A DNA stretch of 64,000 bases from Tubiluchus corallicola (taxonomy: Eukaryota > Animalia > Priapulida). The notes under the pieces are model-generated. The model was given only the letters and a program-made list of their open reading frames with translations, ran no database searches and had not been told where the DNA came from. Made by a program: the position numbers and the translations under genes. The stretch spans positions 186,001 through 250,000 of the forward strand of contig JAQGDQ010000097.1 of NCBI GenBank assembly GCA_030141605.1. The letters are read 5' to 3'. Numbering within the stretch: position 1 is the first letter of the stretch; each line of letters starts with the position of its first letter. Below, in pieces: positions 12,805 to 45,155 of the stretch.

Positions 12805-14705
12805 GATGTGGTCATCGTTAACTTTTTTTGCAGGGAGCGAGTGGAGATTTTACATGTTAAATCCGTTTTTTGTTAAGAAAGATTATGGTCATTATGTAAT
12901 TAAATAGAATTATTGATTAAGATTTTTGCGAATATTCTACTGTAAGTAAAAGCGAAGTTTTTATTCAATGTTCTTTTAATTGCTTCAGTTTGATTGCTTA
13001 CTGCCAAACTAAGCGGCAGCTATTTAATCAGATGAGATAAAAAGCAAAAATACAATTTATACTTTGTGCTAATAATTGTCACTACATTTTATTACTGTTC
13101 GCCAAAGCATATTTCGCTTGACGCATGTTATTTAAAAGTGTAATTTTATGACGTTTTAATTGTTCTGGGCATCTTTTCATATTCATATTTATTTGTGTCA
13201 AAAATACATACAATACACAAAACTAAACATACATATATTTTAATTTTGAAATATAGTGACACTACAGACAAACAAACAATTGTTGATAAAACAAATGTTG
13301 TAAAATCATTGCTGTTAGTTATTTTAGTTATTAAATGAATAGTTTAATAATTATCATGTAAAATAGATCATCACTCATTTAGCCTCATTTTCAATGATAT
13401 GATCATTACATAGTATATTGTTTATCATGTCTTAAAATCGCTTTTTCAACACAATCAGCAAATGCCTTAATTACTTCTAAAATATTAGTTTCGCTGATAA
13501 GGAAAAATTATGATATAATTGAATTGATGTGACTATATAATAATTATATATATTAATAAATGAGCTTGGTAAAAAAGGACGAAATTACTGCTTTCAGTTG
13601 GTAATTACAAATTTAGTAAAATAAAGTTAACAAAAATTACGATGGGTGTATTTGCCGAACCAGCCACTGTTAGACCTTAGAAATCTTAACTGAAATGGCA
13701 CTGAATTTATCCCAAAGGCTTCTAAAAATGAAGGTCATAACCAAACTTGACAAACGATTGTCAGTTTGCCATTTGAGTTAGTGCAACTATTTCAATTAAG
13801 AGGTAAAGGTGTGTGATCAGTGACTAAAGTTAAGCGAATTGAGCCTGTTTAGCAAATGGATAAGTGGCTACTAGAAAATTCTTTCTGAACTGCTTCATCT
13901 GCCAAACTGCCACCAGTTGTATCTCAGCATTGTATAATGTACTCACGTCCGAACGTGGTTATGAGTTATCATATTGTCGGCTCATGATCTCATCTTAAAA
14001 GATTATCTGTGATATTTAGCTATTATCACAGATAGTAGCATGACAAACTACTACAGTAATGTCTTACAGAGTACCAACAGGAATTTTTAAATACTTCTGT
14101 ACATGTCGATTATTGCAGGGAAGAATTTTCTGAGATTTACATGTGACTTGGTGGTTTCGAACCAGTGGACGTGGATTATGTAACATTTTTGAGTGAGCCT
14201 TCCATTCTGTTAGAAAAAGTATTTGTGTGCCGTTTGTTTCAGAGCTGCTAATACATTTCTTATCAGTTATCAAATGTTGTACTAGGTATTATTTTACACG
14301 TAACGTGCAATTTTAGTATGTAATTTACTTATTTAAAATTGTCTCCTTAAATTTTACTAACTGCATGGACCATTATGGAAACATTGTTTACATTCAATTT
14401 TAATGTATCCATGTAAAAATAAATTTCTTTCTATTCTACTGTGTACGCTCAACAGTAACAGGTAGTATTCCAAATGCGCTTCATGCGACCGTAAATGTTC
14501 CAAGAAGAGTTGACTTAGGTTGGTTGAAGACTTTGTGGCAGCTATTAAATGGTATACAACAATAATCAAGCTATGGGACTTGTGGTTCATATAATCGTCA
14601 AGGAAAAAATAATTTTTTAACAATATGGTTAGGTGTGCTGGATAAGCGTGTTGTAACAAGATTTTAAAACAATGATTACAAAAATAGTGAAGAATGGGAG
14701 CATTG

Positions 14706-14871
14706 GGTTACTCGCTTACTGAGTTTTTTATGTCATGCGAAGTTACTTTATTTTGACGTCACAATATAAAAACTGGCTAAAAACCTTTTAGACGAATAAC
14801 GAAAATGAGTACAAGAACGGCTTCATGGCGAAACGGACCCATTTATAAGGTTACACAATAAGCGAGTAACC
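14706..14871. mobile_element. 166-bp MITE with 13-bp perfect TIR
   Basis: GGTTACTCGCTTA (14706-14718) and TAAGCGAGTAACC (14859-14871). The internal ACAATATAAAAACTGG motif recurs in a degenerate copy at about 24655-24765. Confidence 0.7.
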
Positions 14872-15797
14872 GAAAAAGTGGAGCTTTAAATTTGTCATTG
14901 TTCGACATTGGCGTGAAAATTTTAGCGTTGTGGCATCTGCATGTGGCAAAATAAATCATTTTGTTTTGATGATATTATTATTTTATTTCATATTACAGTT
15001 TTTATTTCATTCTGAATGTCCTAATACTTAAGGGAAACAATATTTCTTTCTGTTATTTAGTCATGGGGTTCTCTTCTTTTGGTATTGAACTGGGCAAATG
15101 CAAATTGAACAAATGACTGGGCCTTATAATCATGTTAACCCCGCTTTGACATTAAACTTTGGGCAAACTGGCTTTTGTAAATACGTGGTTTTTAGTGTGC
15201 ATTACCAAAAAAAAACTTTTCAGGCAACCATTTTTTATTCTTGAGTTACTCTTGATCATAGACACATTAATAGCTGTACAGCTTGACAAACACTTTATGC
15301 TATGCTGTAGATAGTAATAACTCTGTACCTTTTCTCTCCAAATAAAACCGATTGTGCCTTTTATTGTTCCTTGTTGACTTTTGTGGGAGTTGCGAGATAT
15401 CGTTAGATATACGAGTCCTGAGTCATGCACATTCATGGACAAAGTGTAGTAATTTGCTAATTTATGTGCTGTTCTGAAGAAGTGCTATGGTACAATTATG
15501 CAATGCAATTTTAAAGATACAGGCATATATAATTATAAGATATTTTTAATTCGACAGTGCAATAATGACGTTATACCCATGGAACTTTAAAGGTATCAAA
15601 GGTAAATTGTTAAGTGGAAATCTAAACACTTAAAGTAAGGTAAAACTGACCAAGGATCTTTATTCTAAATGTGCAGAATAACATTCTAAGGGACCCTGTT
15701 CTAAGGATAAAACAAAAAGATTACCGGTGAAGAAAAAGAAGAAGATTACTCAAGATATTATAAACGGAAAAGTAGAAAGAAACACTAACGCGGAATC

Positions 15798-27993
<12,196 letters not shown>

Positions 27994-28967
27994 TGTCTTA
28001 AAGTAGTTTTGCAATATATAAGTAGTGTGTTCGTAGTACGGTATGAAATATATTTTTAAATATTTTTTCTTAAATAATTATTATAAGCGAAAGAAATGAT
28101 TTGTTTTAAACATGTTTTTGCCAGTTACACTGTTTAAGCATAATCGTAGCCAAGTGGACGAAGAATATGTCTGTAGATTTCAAATGTGCAACATAAATAC
28201 TTTTAAAAACCTTTTGTTGAGATTTTGGAAATGATAGCAGGTTGTAAAGAGCAATGAAAGATCTCGATAAACTTTTATCAGCTGTTTCCGAATTTCTTTG
28301 TTCCGAATTGCCTTGCAAAAGCCTTTGTCCTACCTGCCACAGAACTGCTTCTCTGCTGGGCGGTAGTGTTCAGTGTGTTAACTGTGCTAGACTGATTATC
28401 GTCATTAAATTAATTAATAACATTAATTAAATTGTGAAATTAATAACACCAACAATAAAGTACTTTATGCAAATTGTGTACTGAATAATGTTTTTAGAAC
28501 ATGACTATGAATGATTATAAAGAATGAGATTTTTTTGTCTTTCTCCATAGCAAACGTGAATATCAAAGTGATATAATCATAATAATAATAATGACACTAT
28601 TATTGTTCAAACTCGAATCATAGTAGTTAAGAAAACGGGCAGAAAGACAAAGTAGTAACTACAATTAAAATAACAGTAAATCTTAATCAATTAAAATAAC
28701 ATTACAATTAGTGCTACCATAAATACTGTACTTCTTTTGACGGTCTGTGGTCTGAATAGTTCAAATTCTATATTTTTAAATACATTTAATAATGTTTCAA
28801 TCCTGTTTCTGCTGTTGTTTTTATCAGGCCAGCTTTGCTAATATTTTCAGGTCTTGCTAAAACCCACATTTAGTCACTTAGACTGACTATGAGATAGGTT
28901 TGGAAGCTACCCGGTCTAACAAAAAACTTAGTGGGTTTTGCTAGTGCGGCATGGGACTCTTTAATTT

Positions 28968-29102
28968 CATTTCATTTTATTCAATTCAATTCAATTCAAT
29001 TCAATTCAATTCAATTCAATTCAATTCAATTCAATTCAATTCAATTCAATTCAATTCAATTTATTTTTTTAATTTAATTTAATTTAATTTAATTTAATTT
29101 AT
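28968..29102. repeat. (TCAAT)n/(TTAAT)n microsatellite
   Basis: Directly visible. Confidence 0.95.
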
Positions 29103-29940
29103 TGTTATGATATTATATAACATGTAGGAACTACAGCATTTGAATGAATTCCAGATAGTGTCATTCTGAAATTTATGTTGCTCATAAGAGAGTAATCAAA
29201 ATACACATTTATTACAAACAGAAGCGCAATATCAAGAACATGGCGTTGAAATAGTATTGCTTATCGCTCTATAAAAACTCATAATTAAAAACATGGTGTT
29301 TTATTGCTTATACCTATCACAATATAAAAAATTTCATCTAAAAATTTTTACAGGCAGTGAAGACAAAATATTTTTCGAGAACTGTATTTCCAACGTTTGT
29401 GCCAAATAGGCGAGCACGCATACAAGGACATGTTGCAAGTGGCCAGAAACTTTCTCGAGACAGATGCTACTGTTATCCATTCTTCCTTTTTTCACCAAGG
29501 AACCAGGTGACCGAGTATCGAAAAGCCATTCAGTATCGAAAAGTCATACACACATTAAATTACCCAAAGTTTGCAAATAAGTTAGCATTGTTACTAGTTC
29601 GGATAATTAAATAAAAAGAAGCGAAAAACAAAAAGGATTGGTAAACAGTTTAAAAGGAGGAAAACGGTGGAAAAAGGAAAGCAGACACGGATAGAGGTGG
29701 TGGATAAAAGAACGTTCAAGAAGAAAGGAAAAGTGGTTTCGGAAAACTTTGCTCAGTGAACTCAGAAAGCACTCATTATTCAACTCAGAAGCGCGTTTGA
29801 AGGTGGAGCCAGTTGTGAGCATGGTGCATGGTAATGTGGTACAAAATATTTTATGATATATATATATATATATATCAGATATATTTATAATATGTGTTTC
29901 CACTCCTGCACAAAAAAAACTAATGCAACAGAAAAGACAC

Positions 29941-30135
29941 CTTCCAGCGTTTATTTCCAACAGCTGGATCAGCATAAGGAATATTGTAAAAAAATCCACT
30001 CTGCTCCCGTCAGAAGCTTCAGTTGTCTGCCCTTTCACTTTCCCGCCATGTCCCAGTTGAACTATAGGACCTTCGCAATTTACACTGACAAGCGTCACTA
30101 ATATTTCAAAAGCCAGGTAGTCGTGACAACTGCAT
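29941..30135 (-). pseudogene. Orphan, frameshifted copy of carboxylesterase coding exon 1
   Basis: Colinear with 49053-49247 (both 195 nt; VNCEGP.VQLGHGG.V.G.TT.ASD.SRVD..YNIPYADP.VG.KRWK then GT). A +1 shift after the ATG gives a stop at codon 10, and a -1 shift lies in an A run at about 29988-29994. No downstream esterase exons were found. Confidence 0.85.
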
Positions 30136-32166
30136 GTCTTATAAAGTGGAACATATATTATAGCACTTAGAGCACAGCTCCTTAAAACACACCTGGTGCA
30201 AAATTTTGGCGGCAAGCCAATGTAGACCTTCATTCTACCTCATGCTAATCCTTTTTTTATCTAAAGCTTAACAAATAGTTGACATTTTGAAGTGTACTTT
30301 GTAGCACTTTGATATTTGTTTGAAACTCTATGTTAATTATTGTTGTAAAGGTAAGACTTGTGCTGTCTAACAAAATCCTCCAGAGATTGCACAGTAAATA
30401 CTGAAACCGCCCACTATGATAATAGACAACGTGTTTAACATATAGTGTTTGATTTGTTCTAGTTTCTTATTAATAAATTAAATACTTTCCTATAATATAT
30501 AATATTATATATAATATAATATATAAGAAATATATTGTATTATATATATATATTACTATATAATAGTATATAGGAAATATATATATATACTTTTATACTA
30601 TACTTTGTTCTGTTGTTCTGGTGTTCAGTTTTGTCTGAACCTCTCGCGACACATACTATAGAAATGATCCTTAAAAGTATGGTCTTTATATATATAAAAG
30701 AACACGTAGGGATTTTCAGATGGGCCTCTGTTTGATTTTTGTCTATAGGAAGGTTTGATGGGCCGAGCTTACTATGCAGGCCACAAGCATAGTACTTAAA
30801 TATTTTATCCCAAGAATTCTAAATAAAAGAAGCAATGTTGAAAGAATAAACGTAGTTATTTGTTGATGTATTTTATGATGCACAACGGCAAATATATCGC
30901 TAAACGTTTTTGTGAAGTATATGAAGCAGACGACCTATGTCATACTACATTTGGTAAATTTTTTAACAAGCTAGGTAAGTGAAATGTTCAATTCTTGAAC
31001 TGCGCAGCAAACTGAACCTGATTCATAAAATTAGATCATGTTTTTTGGTTTGGATTTCCAATTTAAAATATTCAAAGTTAAAACCCCACTCCAGATGTCA
31101 TGCCATCAATTTTATTCGTCAACCTAATATGAGTCAAAGCATACCATCAATAATGCGCACACTTTTCACGTAGTTCTGCAGACATATTATCACACAATTG
31201 ACCAACTCATTTCAAAGTGTTACGTGTTTATCTGAAATTTTCATGTATAATGAATATAATGAAAAATTTCATGTATATGGTTAATATGTGACCAATGAGC
31301 AAGTTTCTGCAAGCTTCTGTCTATAAGTTACCTATGAAAAAATAACTGTAGCGAAATCGGACACAAAAATTATCAAAAACAATGGATTACTTTTAACGTT
31401 TACTTATTTATAGCTTTAAAATATAAGCGCTGTTTGTTCGAACATCCATAATATTAATGAGTGTTTTCTACCAACTCCTCTAAGGCTCCGCGAACTTGAA
31501 AGTTTTCGCACATCTAACTCAAATTTTGCCAAATTATATCAAATTGTGAAACCTGCACGCAACGCAATTTGCACGTTTCAGTTGCGTTTTTTGTGTTTAT
31601 TTGCGTGTAGTTCACTGCTAATGCTTCAACATTGGTGAGTGTTATGAAATTTTTTTACATATTAAAAAATAAAGTTTATCTGGTGTATTCCAAAAAATTC
31701 TCTTGGAAAAAATGCGTTCTTCTAAATGCCATCGTTGCGCATATGCGTATGCTTAGAACACATAATACTACAATGATCAGTAGGTGTGCATGCAACACGC
31801 TTTATTATCAAGTACAAATTCTTTTGGTTTTACGTCCAGACAATTTCGTAATTACGACTATAAAACACGTAAAGAAGGAATAGAAAAATTAGAGTACATT
31901 TGACTTGCAAGTAACAATTATTGACTTTATAAAAGTAAGAGCACTTACTAAAAGTAGTAGCCATGATTTGCAGTAGCATTTTATCATTTCTTTGACATCT
32001 TGAAGCCGGGCAACATGTTTTTGTAATTTAGACTACTTGCCAGAAGTTTCAAAAGTTTCGAAAAGTTATAAGCTTAGTATAAAAAGTTTTTACGTCTAGT
32101 TTTGTGCATTTGACTATTACATTTTTTCTGAAAGGGAGTAGCAGACAAAACAACATTGGTTTGGAG

Positions 32167-38098
<5,932 letters not shown>

Positions 38099-38159
38099 TT
38101 TGAACGAACGAGTCTCTCTTGCAGCTACCAACAAGGCGAAGTCCCTGGGATTTTTCATT

Positions 38160-38185
38160 TCTTTTATGCTGTCTCTTATCTCAAG
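38160..38185 (-). promoter_or_regulatory. Candidate core promoter of the protease: GATA site plus variant TATA box
   Basis: The minus strand reads GAGATAAGAGACAGCATAAAAG, about 65-85 nt upstream of the ATG at 38098. Confidence 0.4.
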
Positions 38186-39457
38186 TTTGTTGTTATTATT
38201 ATTATCATGTGCACGAACTTTAGTTGTCTAAGCTAACATAGAAACACATCTGGTATAGTCACATGTGATTTGGTCAGTTGGTCATTTATAATTGGCAAAT
38301 CGTGATAAAACGCAAAAGCCTTAATCTTGAATATAGGATTAAAATTATTGCGGAATGAATTTAGACGTTTTTTATGAATGATTCTGCATTGGATGATAAA
38401 TCTTTTACTTAAAATCGTTTCTTCGTTATGAGCCAGCGAGAGCAAATAACTCCAAAATCAGAGCGCTAATCAAGTTAATCTATTGTGACAATTGTTTTCA
38501 TACTAAAATGTTTTTAGATAAGGTCGATTTTGGTATATTTATAGCCAAAAAAATTATAAGAAGTAGCGCAAGCCCAGGAATGCAATTTAATTTAATGTAC
38601 TTGTATAAAACAAAGTATTTGCAAAAACTCATGGATTCTAATCAGGACTTTTTATCTGTAAGATGGACGCTGTAGGCTTTCTGATAAAGTTTGCTCACGT
38701 GTTATTCTTTTTTAATTTGGTGCAATCAACTTTTTTCCTTTTACTGGCACTGTGGTACATCGCCTGCTGTGATTATTCGTCTGTAGCTTCTTACATCCTG
38801 AGACAGATCTGCGGTGGATCCCAGATTCGCCACGCTAGTGTCAGAAGTGGGATTCGAAATTTTCACCTGGATTGGTTCGATGCTTATGCTAGACAGCTTA
38901 ATAGTATTCGGGTGCGTTTTATATAACTTATAGTTCTGCATTCTCTTTACCTTTCGCATGATGAAAGACAATTGAATGGCAGTATCAGCCTTACGTTGAT
39001 CAGTTCATACATTTTGAGTTCCAAATGAGCCAATGCTCAACTTGCATTTCGAAGGAGGTGATATTCCGCAGACAATTTCATGTCATTAGGCCTTCATTCC
39101 AACAATGGCTTATAAATACCAGAACACTTGCTTTTAAATAAGAGCCTGTAATGTTTTGTTGAAGTAATAGTTATCAGTGTGCAGCGTGAAAACAAAATTA
39201 CTTGCTTGAAAGGCGAGTTTTCAAAAAAGTTTTCTTGAAAGACAAGACTTCAGCAGTCGGCACTCGGCTGATGTTATTAAAGCTAGCAGGTGTTATTAGG
39301 TTAAAAGTTGAATCAAGTTTTTTTATTCTGCTTCTGATGTGCTGAAGGATTTGTTGCTGAACAGCCGTAATCATATCTTGTTTTTAAATGTACGTGTTCA
39401 TGCGCCGAGTCTGTCGCAATGGGCTTCTTTGAAAACTTTGTCATTGGGCAGTATTAC

Positions 39458-39528
39458 TGTTATTATTATTATTATTATTAATATCATTATTATTATTATT
39501 ATTATTATTATCATCATCATCCTCATCC

Positions 39529-39579
<51 letters not shown>

Positions 39580-39676
39580 CCACCACCACCACCACCACCA
39601 CCACCACCATCGTCATCATCATCATCATCATCATCATCGTCATCATCATTATCATCATCATTATTATTATTATTAT
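39458..39676. repeat. (ATT)n/(CAT)n/(CAC)n compound microsatellite
   Basis: Directly visible. Confidence 0.95.
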
Positions 39677-40367
39677 AAATTGTTGTTAAGCATAATTTTT
39701 AGACAGGATAAGCTTGACTGAACGTAGTGCTATGTTACATCAAAGTCCTTTGGTTAAGTATGCAGCGCACAACAATAATCGTACATTAAATCATTAATAC
39801 GGTCATCTAGAGAAGATTGCAAATCTTTCTATCTTGAATTTACGATTTTACAGCAAACACATTCATAGTTTAAATCCATAAAGTTGATTATTTAACATAC
39901 TCTTTCGAAAGTGTTTTTTAAATGTGTGTTGATGCTTGCACTATTTTGTTTGTGAACAGGTAGTGTTGTAATTATGATCGTTTGGTAAAATGTCAGAATG
40001 AGAGTGAGCTTTCCTGAAGATAGTTTTATGCATCTTTATAGAGAAGTAAAATTTATGTGTAATAGCTAAAGGCAATCAGGTTAAGGATTTCAGCATATCA
40101 ACCACACACATGACACTTTACTGAATAACAAAGGCATTGTGGTTATATTACACACGTTAACAAATCCAAATATATAATTAGAACAGCACAAACTCACTAA
40201 AATTATTAGCAAAATTGGTATTTAAAACCAAAGCAAATGGCGGCAGTTAATTACTAATCAACAGAAATGAAATTTTACGAATCCATGACTTTCTTACATG
40301 TATAATTCCATAGGTTAATCACAGTGATCTAGTACTGTTTGCGATCTTTTGTTTTATAGGCCTATGC

Positions 40368-43300
40368 CTATGCTTTACCTGCATCGTGATTTAGGTTGTA
40401 ATTACTATAACTTTTGGACGTTTTTGATTTGTTCAGCTTTACAATAATCATAATTGTGATGATTATGCAGGCAAGTGCTACAGCTCCCACTATGCCAACA
40501 AGAGCCCATATGACTGGCCACAAGTCCTCATCGTCTTCTGCTAAGAAGGGTCCATTGGCGATACTGTCTATTCTGAAAATAAAATGAATATTTTCAAAAT
40601 TACAGTATAAAATCATTGCCTAGATCTAGCCATAACCAGAACTAGACAAACATGCATAAGACTTGTCAGAAGGAGATGAGATATATAATTTGGAATAACG
40701 TAAATTGAGATATATCACACGAGCCTGTTTTCTCTGATTTTGGAGGTGAGCTACCTAGAATGATGTACAACTAAACTCAAGCGTGAAAATTTGGGATTTA
40801 TTTCTGGTAAAATTTTGTCTAAATCACGTGATACGCTTGTATAATACAAACCCTTACAAAATAGGGTTAGGTTATTTAAATTGTGTGGGGAATTGTAAGC
40901 TGCTTCCAAATTTCTAATAACAGGTACATTCTTCCTTACTTAGGCACTACTGAACGAGAACCTGAAAGAGAACCATGAGTGGAATAATTTAAAAAGAGTG
41001 CGCACTTTTTACTGATTGTGTTTTGAACTTCTGGAGCCCAAACGTTTTCTGTTCTAAGCAAATCATGCCAGTTAGAGTAACACATGAAGGGTTTTAATAA
41101 CGTAAAAATTAAACAGTAAAAACCAACATACGTGTAAAAATGATAGTTCCAATATTCAGACGCTCGAGCACAGAGTGTATCCTTTACTTCAGACTCATAG
41201 TTGATCTCCAGGTAATCTCCGTTCTTTTTACTGTATTTCTTCCATTTTACTAGTCTGCCGGATGGGCTTTCAACACCATCACCGGGTGTGGGATCCCTGT
41301 GAAAATGAAAATGAAACGATTTACAATCTTTTCTCATCCTTACAAATCTCAATAATTTCAACAATATAATTCGTTCTTCAATGAATCTCTGTCATTGTTA
41401 TCAGAAATCTCTATCAATTCATTAATGATAAATCAATCGATTGATTGATCTATCCATCAGCTTACCAACCATCCAATCAGTTAATAACGAATCAGTCAGT
41501 CAGCCAGTCAACTAGCCAGCCAGCTAGCGAATCAATCAGATAGCCATCCATCGATCAAGCTAACAAACCACCCATTCAGTCAGTCAGTCAGTCAGTCAGC
41601 ATATCAGTGTATCAAACAAACGAAAATAGATCTCGAAAAACCAACAAATAAACAGCTTGGTGGCTGAGTAGAAGGATGGATGAAGACAACAGACGTAGTC
41701 AGCCAGCTAACGGAGTGACACCGATAAAGAACGGATCCAGAATTATTCTCACCCATATTTGGCAAAGTTTGTCCAAACCGTCGTTAAGAAATTTGTAAAT
41801 CTTCTATCTTTTTCCGTCAACAGTGTTTGCGGATTAAAACAATACTCTTCTCCCAAATGCTCAAAACAAAAAACGACATCATCTCGGTTTGGAAGATCAA
41901 AAACGAATATTAATTCCGCTGCATGAGGTATTACTGAAAAATATAATAGAAATCATACTGGAATTATACCGATCATATATACTCAAATTAGGGACCGATC
42001 TCATTTCAGTTTATGTTTATTTATTCGTAAATGCCTGGGCGAAATAAAAGCGCTAGTTTGTTTCACAGACGGTTGTTAGCACATTAGGCCTACACATTAC
42101 ATATTCTAAAAATCAAATTTCATGAAATCTGACCAAAGTGTTGGCCATGTGCATTCACTTAAGGCAGTTTGAAAATATGGTATGTTAGACAACACAGAAC
42201 CGTTTAGTGAATTTTACAATTAGACAAATTCATAGATCGAAAGTCTATGACTCTACGGCTTTTGAAGCAGTCAGACATATCGAAACTTCTGACACCATGT
42301 AGCGTAATTGCATCTCATCTATAATAATTCTGTTAGCCACTTTATAAAACACTACAGGATTTAAATTAGGCTGATATTCGCTTGTCACCTTAAACCCAAA
42401 TCTTCTTTCCTTGTCTCATTTTTGTAAAACTATACTGCTTCCTGTATCTTAACTGCTGACATCTACCTCTGCGCAAACGTGGTATGCAACTTATGAGCTC
42501 CTGATGTCAACTTTTAACTACGCTTCGTAATCATCAGTTTAAGTTCTAAGGAACTAACAAAGTAATATTGGAATCGTACGCAAAAAGCGATCTTCTTCTG
42601 AGGGAATGTGGGTGCTCTGCTGAGTTCCGGTCTAGAAAACAGAGCCATGTTTAATATTTTAATTACAGAATGGTTGCTTGAGTACATCTATACTTACAGT
42701 CTCCCAGTGGCCACAGCTGACTGACATAATTGAAGGAATAAACGTAAGTATCCGCCGAATTATTTGCCCGGTACTGAGCTTCCAAATCCATGGGGGCCAG
42801 TATTCCAACATCCGATACACACTGCAATGTTCATGTTTAATTTTATTGCTTATATTCGTAAAATAAAGTACTAGCCATCTTAGACACAAACTTTCTGTTC
42901 AAAACAAACATCATGTTTGTCATCTTTATTACGAATTAAAAGTAATGATTAATAGTAATGTGATTATGAGTAATAATTACAAATAATACATAACTAAGAA
43001 ATAATTAGTAAAGCCAGTAGAAACTTTATCAAAAAAATCAAAAAAAGTTGAAAAATTTACCTCCACTCCGGACATAAATGCTTTATTGTCATTCCATGGG
43101 TCATCCCAATCAATGTATTCCATTAAAATAGATTCGTACAGGATTCCGCTTGGGTCATCAAAACCTCCTTTCTTCATCAATGTTGGTATCACGTGGTCGC
43201 GCAAACTCTGAGCGTTGACATCCTTCCAACTTATGTCAGCAAACCCAGCTGCAATACCAGAAAATTCATTACTTAACCAATTGAATGAATTGATTATTAC

Positions 43301-45095
43301 AGTCGGATCTGCTTTTTTTCTGTGATGGAAAGTTTTACCATATTGTTAGTGTTTGGTAGTTTAGTAGAATATTATTACACTTATCAAATTGACCTATGAC
43401 ATGTTTTGTAAATCCACACCTACTTTCTCTATTGGTCTAAAAATAGTGAAATACAATAAATGCACTGCGAAAATGTATATGCTAGTTTGTGTGATTAAAT
43501 TTTTAAGAGCATTAAACTGTTAAAGCTGTTAAAACTGGCATATACATTTACTATTTACTATTGCATTTTATTATTTTTAGGCATTTCAGTTAAAAGATGT
43601 TGATCTACGAAACATGTTATGGTTCAAATAAATGACTATTTACTAGCATCATTCCAGAATATTAATAAACGGCGAAGCGTATTATTTATTTATACGCACA
43701 TATTAAAGAAACGCCTTCATCTTTATTTGCTCCAGTTATAAAAGGCTTCTTCGGAAATTTTCCCGATGCCAGAACTTTTAGCGGCTCATCTTCGAGATAG
43801 TAGCCGTCCACTACTGGTACAAATGGAAGAATCCAATCTTTTTCCTGACAAAAGTAAAATACCGTTTCTTTTCCTTGTGTACGGCTAAAGATTAACATTG
43901 CATCCCTGTGCAAAAGCGACGTTGCCAACTCAGTATTACACGTGACTGGCTGACTTTATCCCTTATTATGGTTATCAAGACTGACACTATACATATCCCT
44001 CGTTTTACTAGTATGAAATACCAACTACAACTTACTGATACTTACATAGAAGTTTGCAGTAAGAATCTCGATAGCCGATTTCTGCCGTAAACAGTCTATC
44101 ATCTGATGGTTAGATTCGTCGGAGCAGCTAACTGCATTTGCCAGTCTTTTTGCGTATTTCAACGGCTCGGGATTGTGCGACCAAATAGCGGCTGCACTTC
44201 CACTTTGCGCAATTCCATAGTGAAACAGATCTTGAGCTAAAGGACTGATTGTGTGCAACGAACATGATCCTGCTCCAGCGCTTTCACCAAAAATTGTAAC
44301 ACGACTGGGATCTCCATTGAAGTATTCGATATGGTCTCGCACCCATCTCAGTGATTGTAGCTGGTCAAGTAAACCGTAGTTACCTTTTGCTGCATCGTCA
44401 GCAGTACTGAGAAATCCTATAATGATTTTAACTTATTAGACGATGATACATACAACCTAGCCACTGAGGGGGGGGGGGTGGCAAGCCAGCCCAACTCAGT
44501 GCCGGTCCCAAGCCCAGATAAATAGGGAGGGTTAGGGTCAGGAAGGTCTGCCTGTAAAAACTGCGCAAAAACCTTCTATGAATGAGTCGGTGAGACTTAA
44601 AGGTAAAGTCCGCAAAGAAGTGGTCAGACCGGCTCTAATCTATGGGCTGGAAGCAGCTTCTCTAAAGAAGACCGAAGAGAAGAAAATGGGTGTGGTGGAG
44701 ATAAGGATGTTGAGATGGATGGTGGGAATAACAGGAAGAGATAAAATTAGAAATAATAATATCAGAGGAACAGTAAAAGTAGTGGAAGCCTCGCAAGATT
44801 GCGATGGTATGGACACCTGAAAAGAAGAGTCGGTGAACATCATGTGGGAAGGGAAGACATAAATGAAGAGATGGTCAACAACAGGAATGCGTGGAGAAGA
44901 CTCATTCACAACGGCGACCCAGCATAGGGAAAAGCTGGGAAGAAGAAGAAGAAGGCGATGATACATATATGAGAAAATGATGAGGCATTTTCTTCATTAA
45001 TGACTGTGAAACATTCATTAAAACACTAAAACATTTTATTATTAGAGGCTAATAAATTATTATTATTATTATTGTTATGGTAATCTTCATCATCG

Positions 45096-45155
<60 letters not shown>

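Noticed and set aside
29607-30233. 208-aa ORF on the minus strand
   Set aside because: Only about 40 codons are esterase-derived; the rest is frameshifted or flanking sequence, including an (AT)n tract.
38700-38900. Minus-strand SINE suggested by a B-box-like TTCGAATCCC
   Set aside because: No clear A box, tail or TSD.
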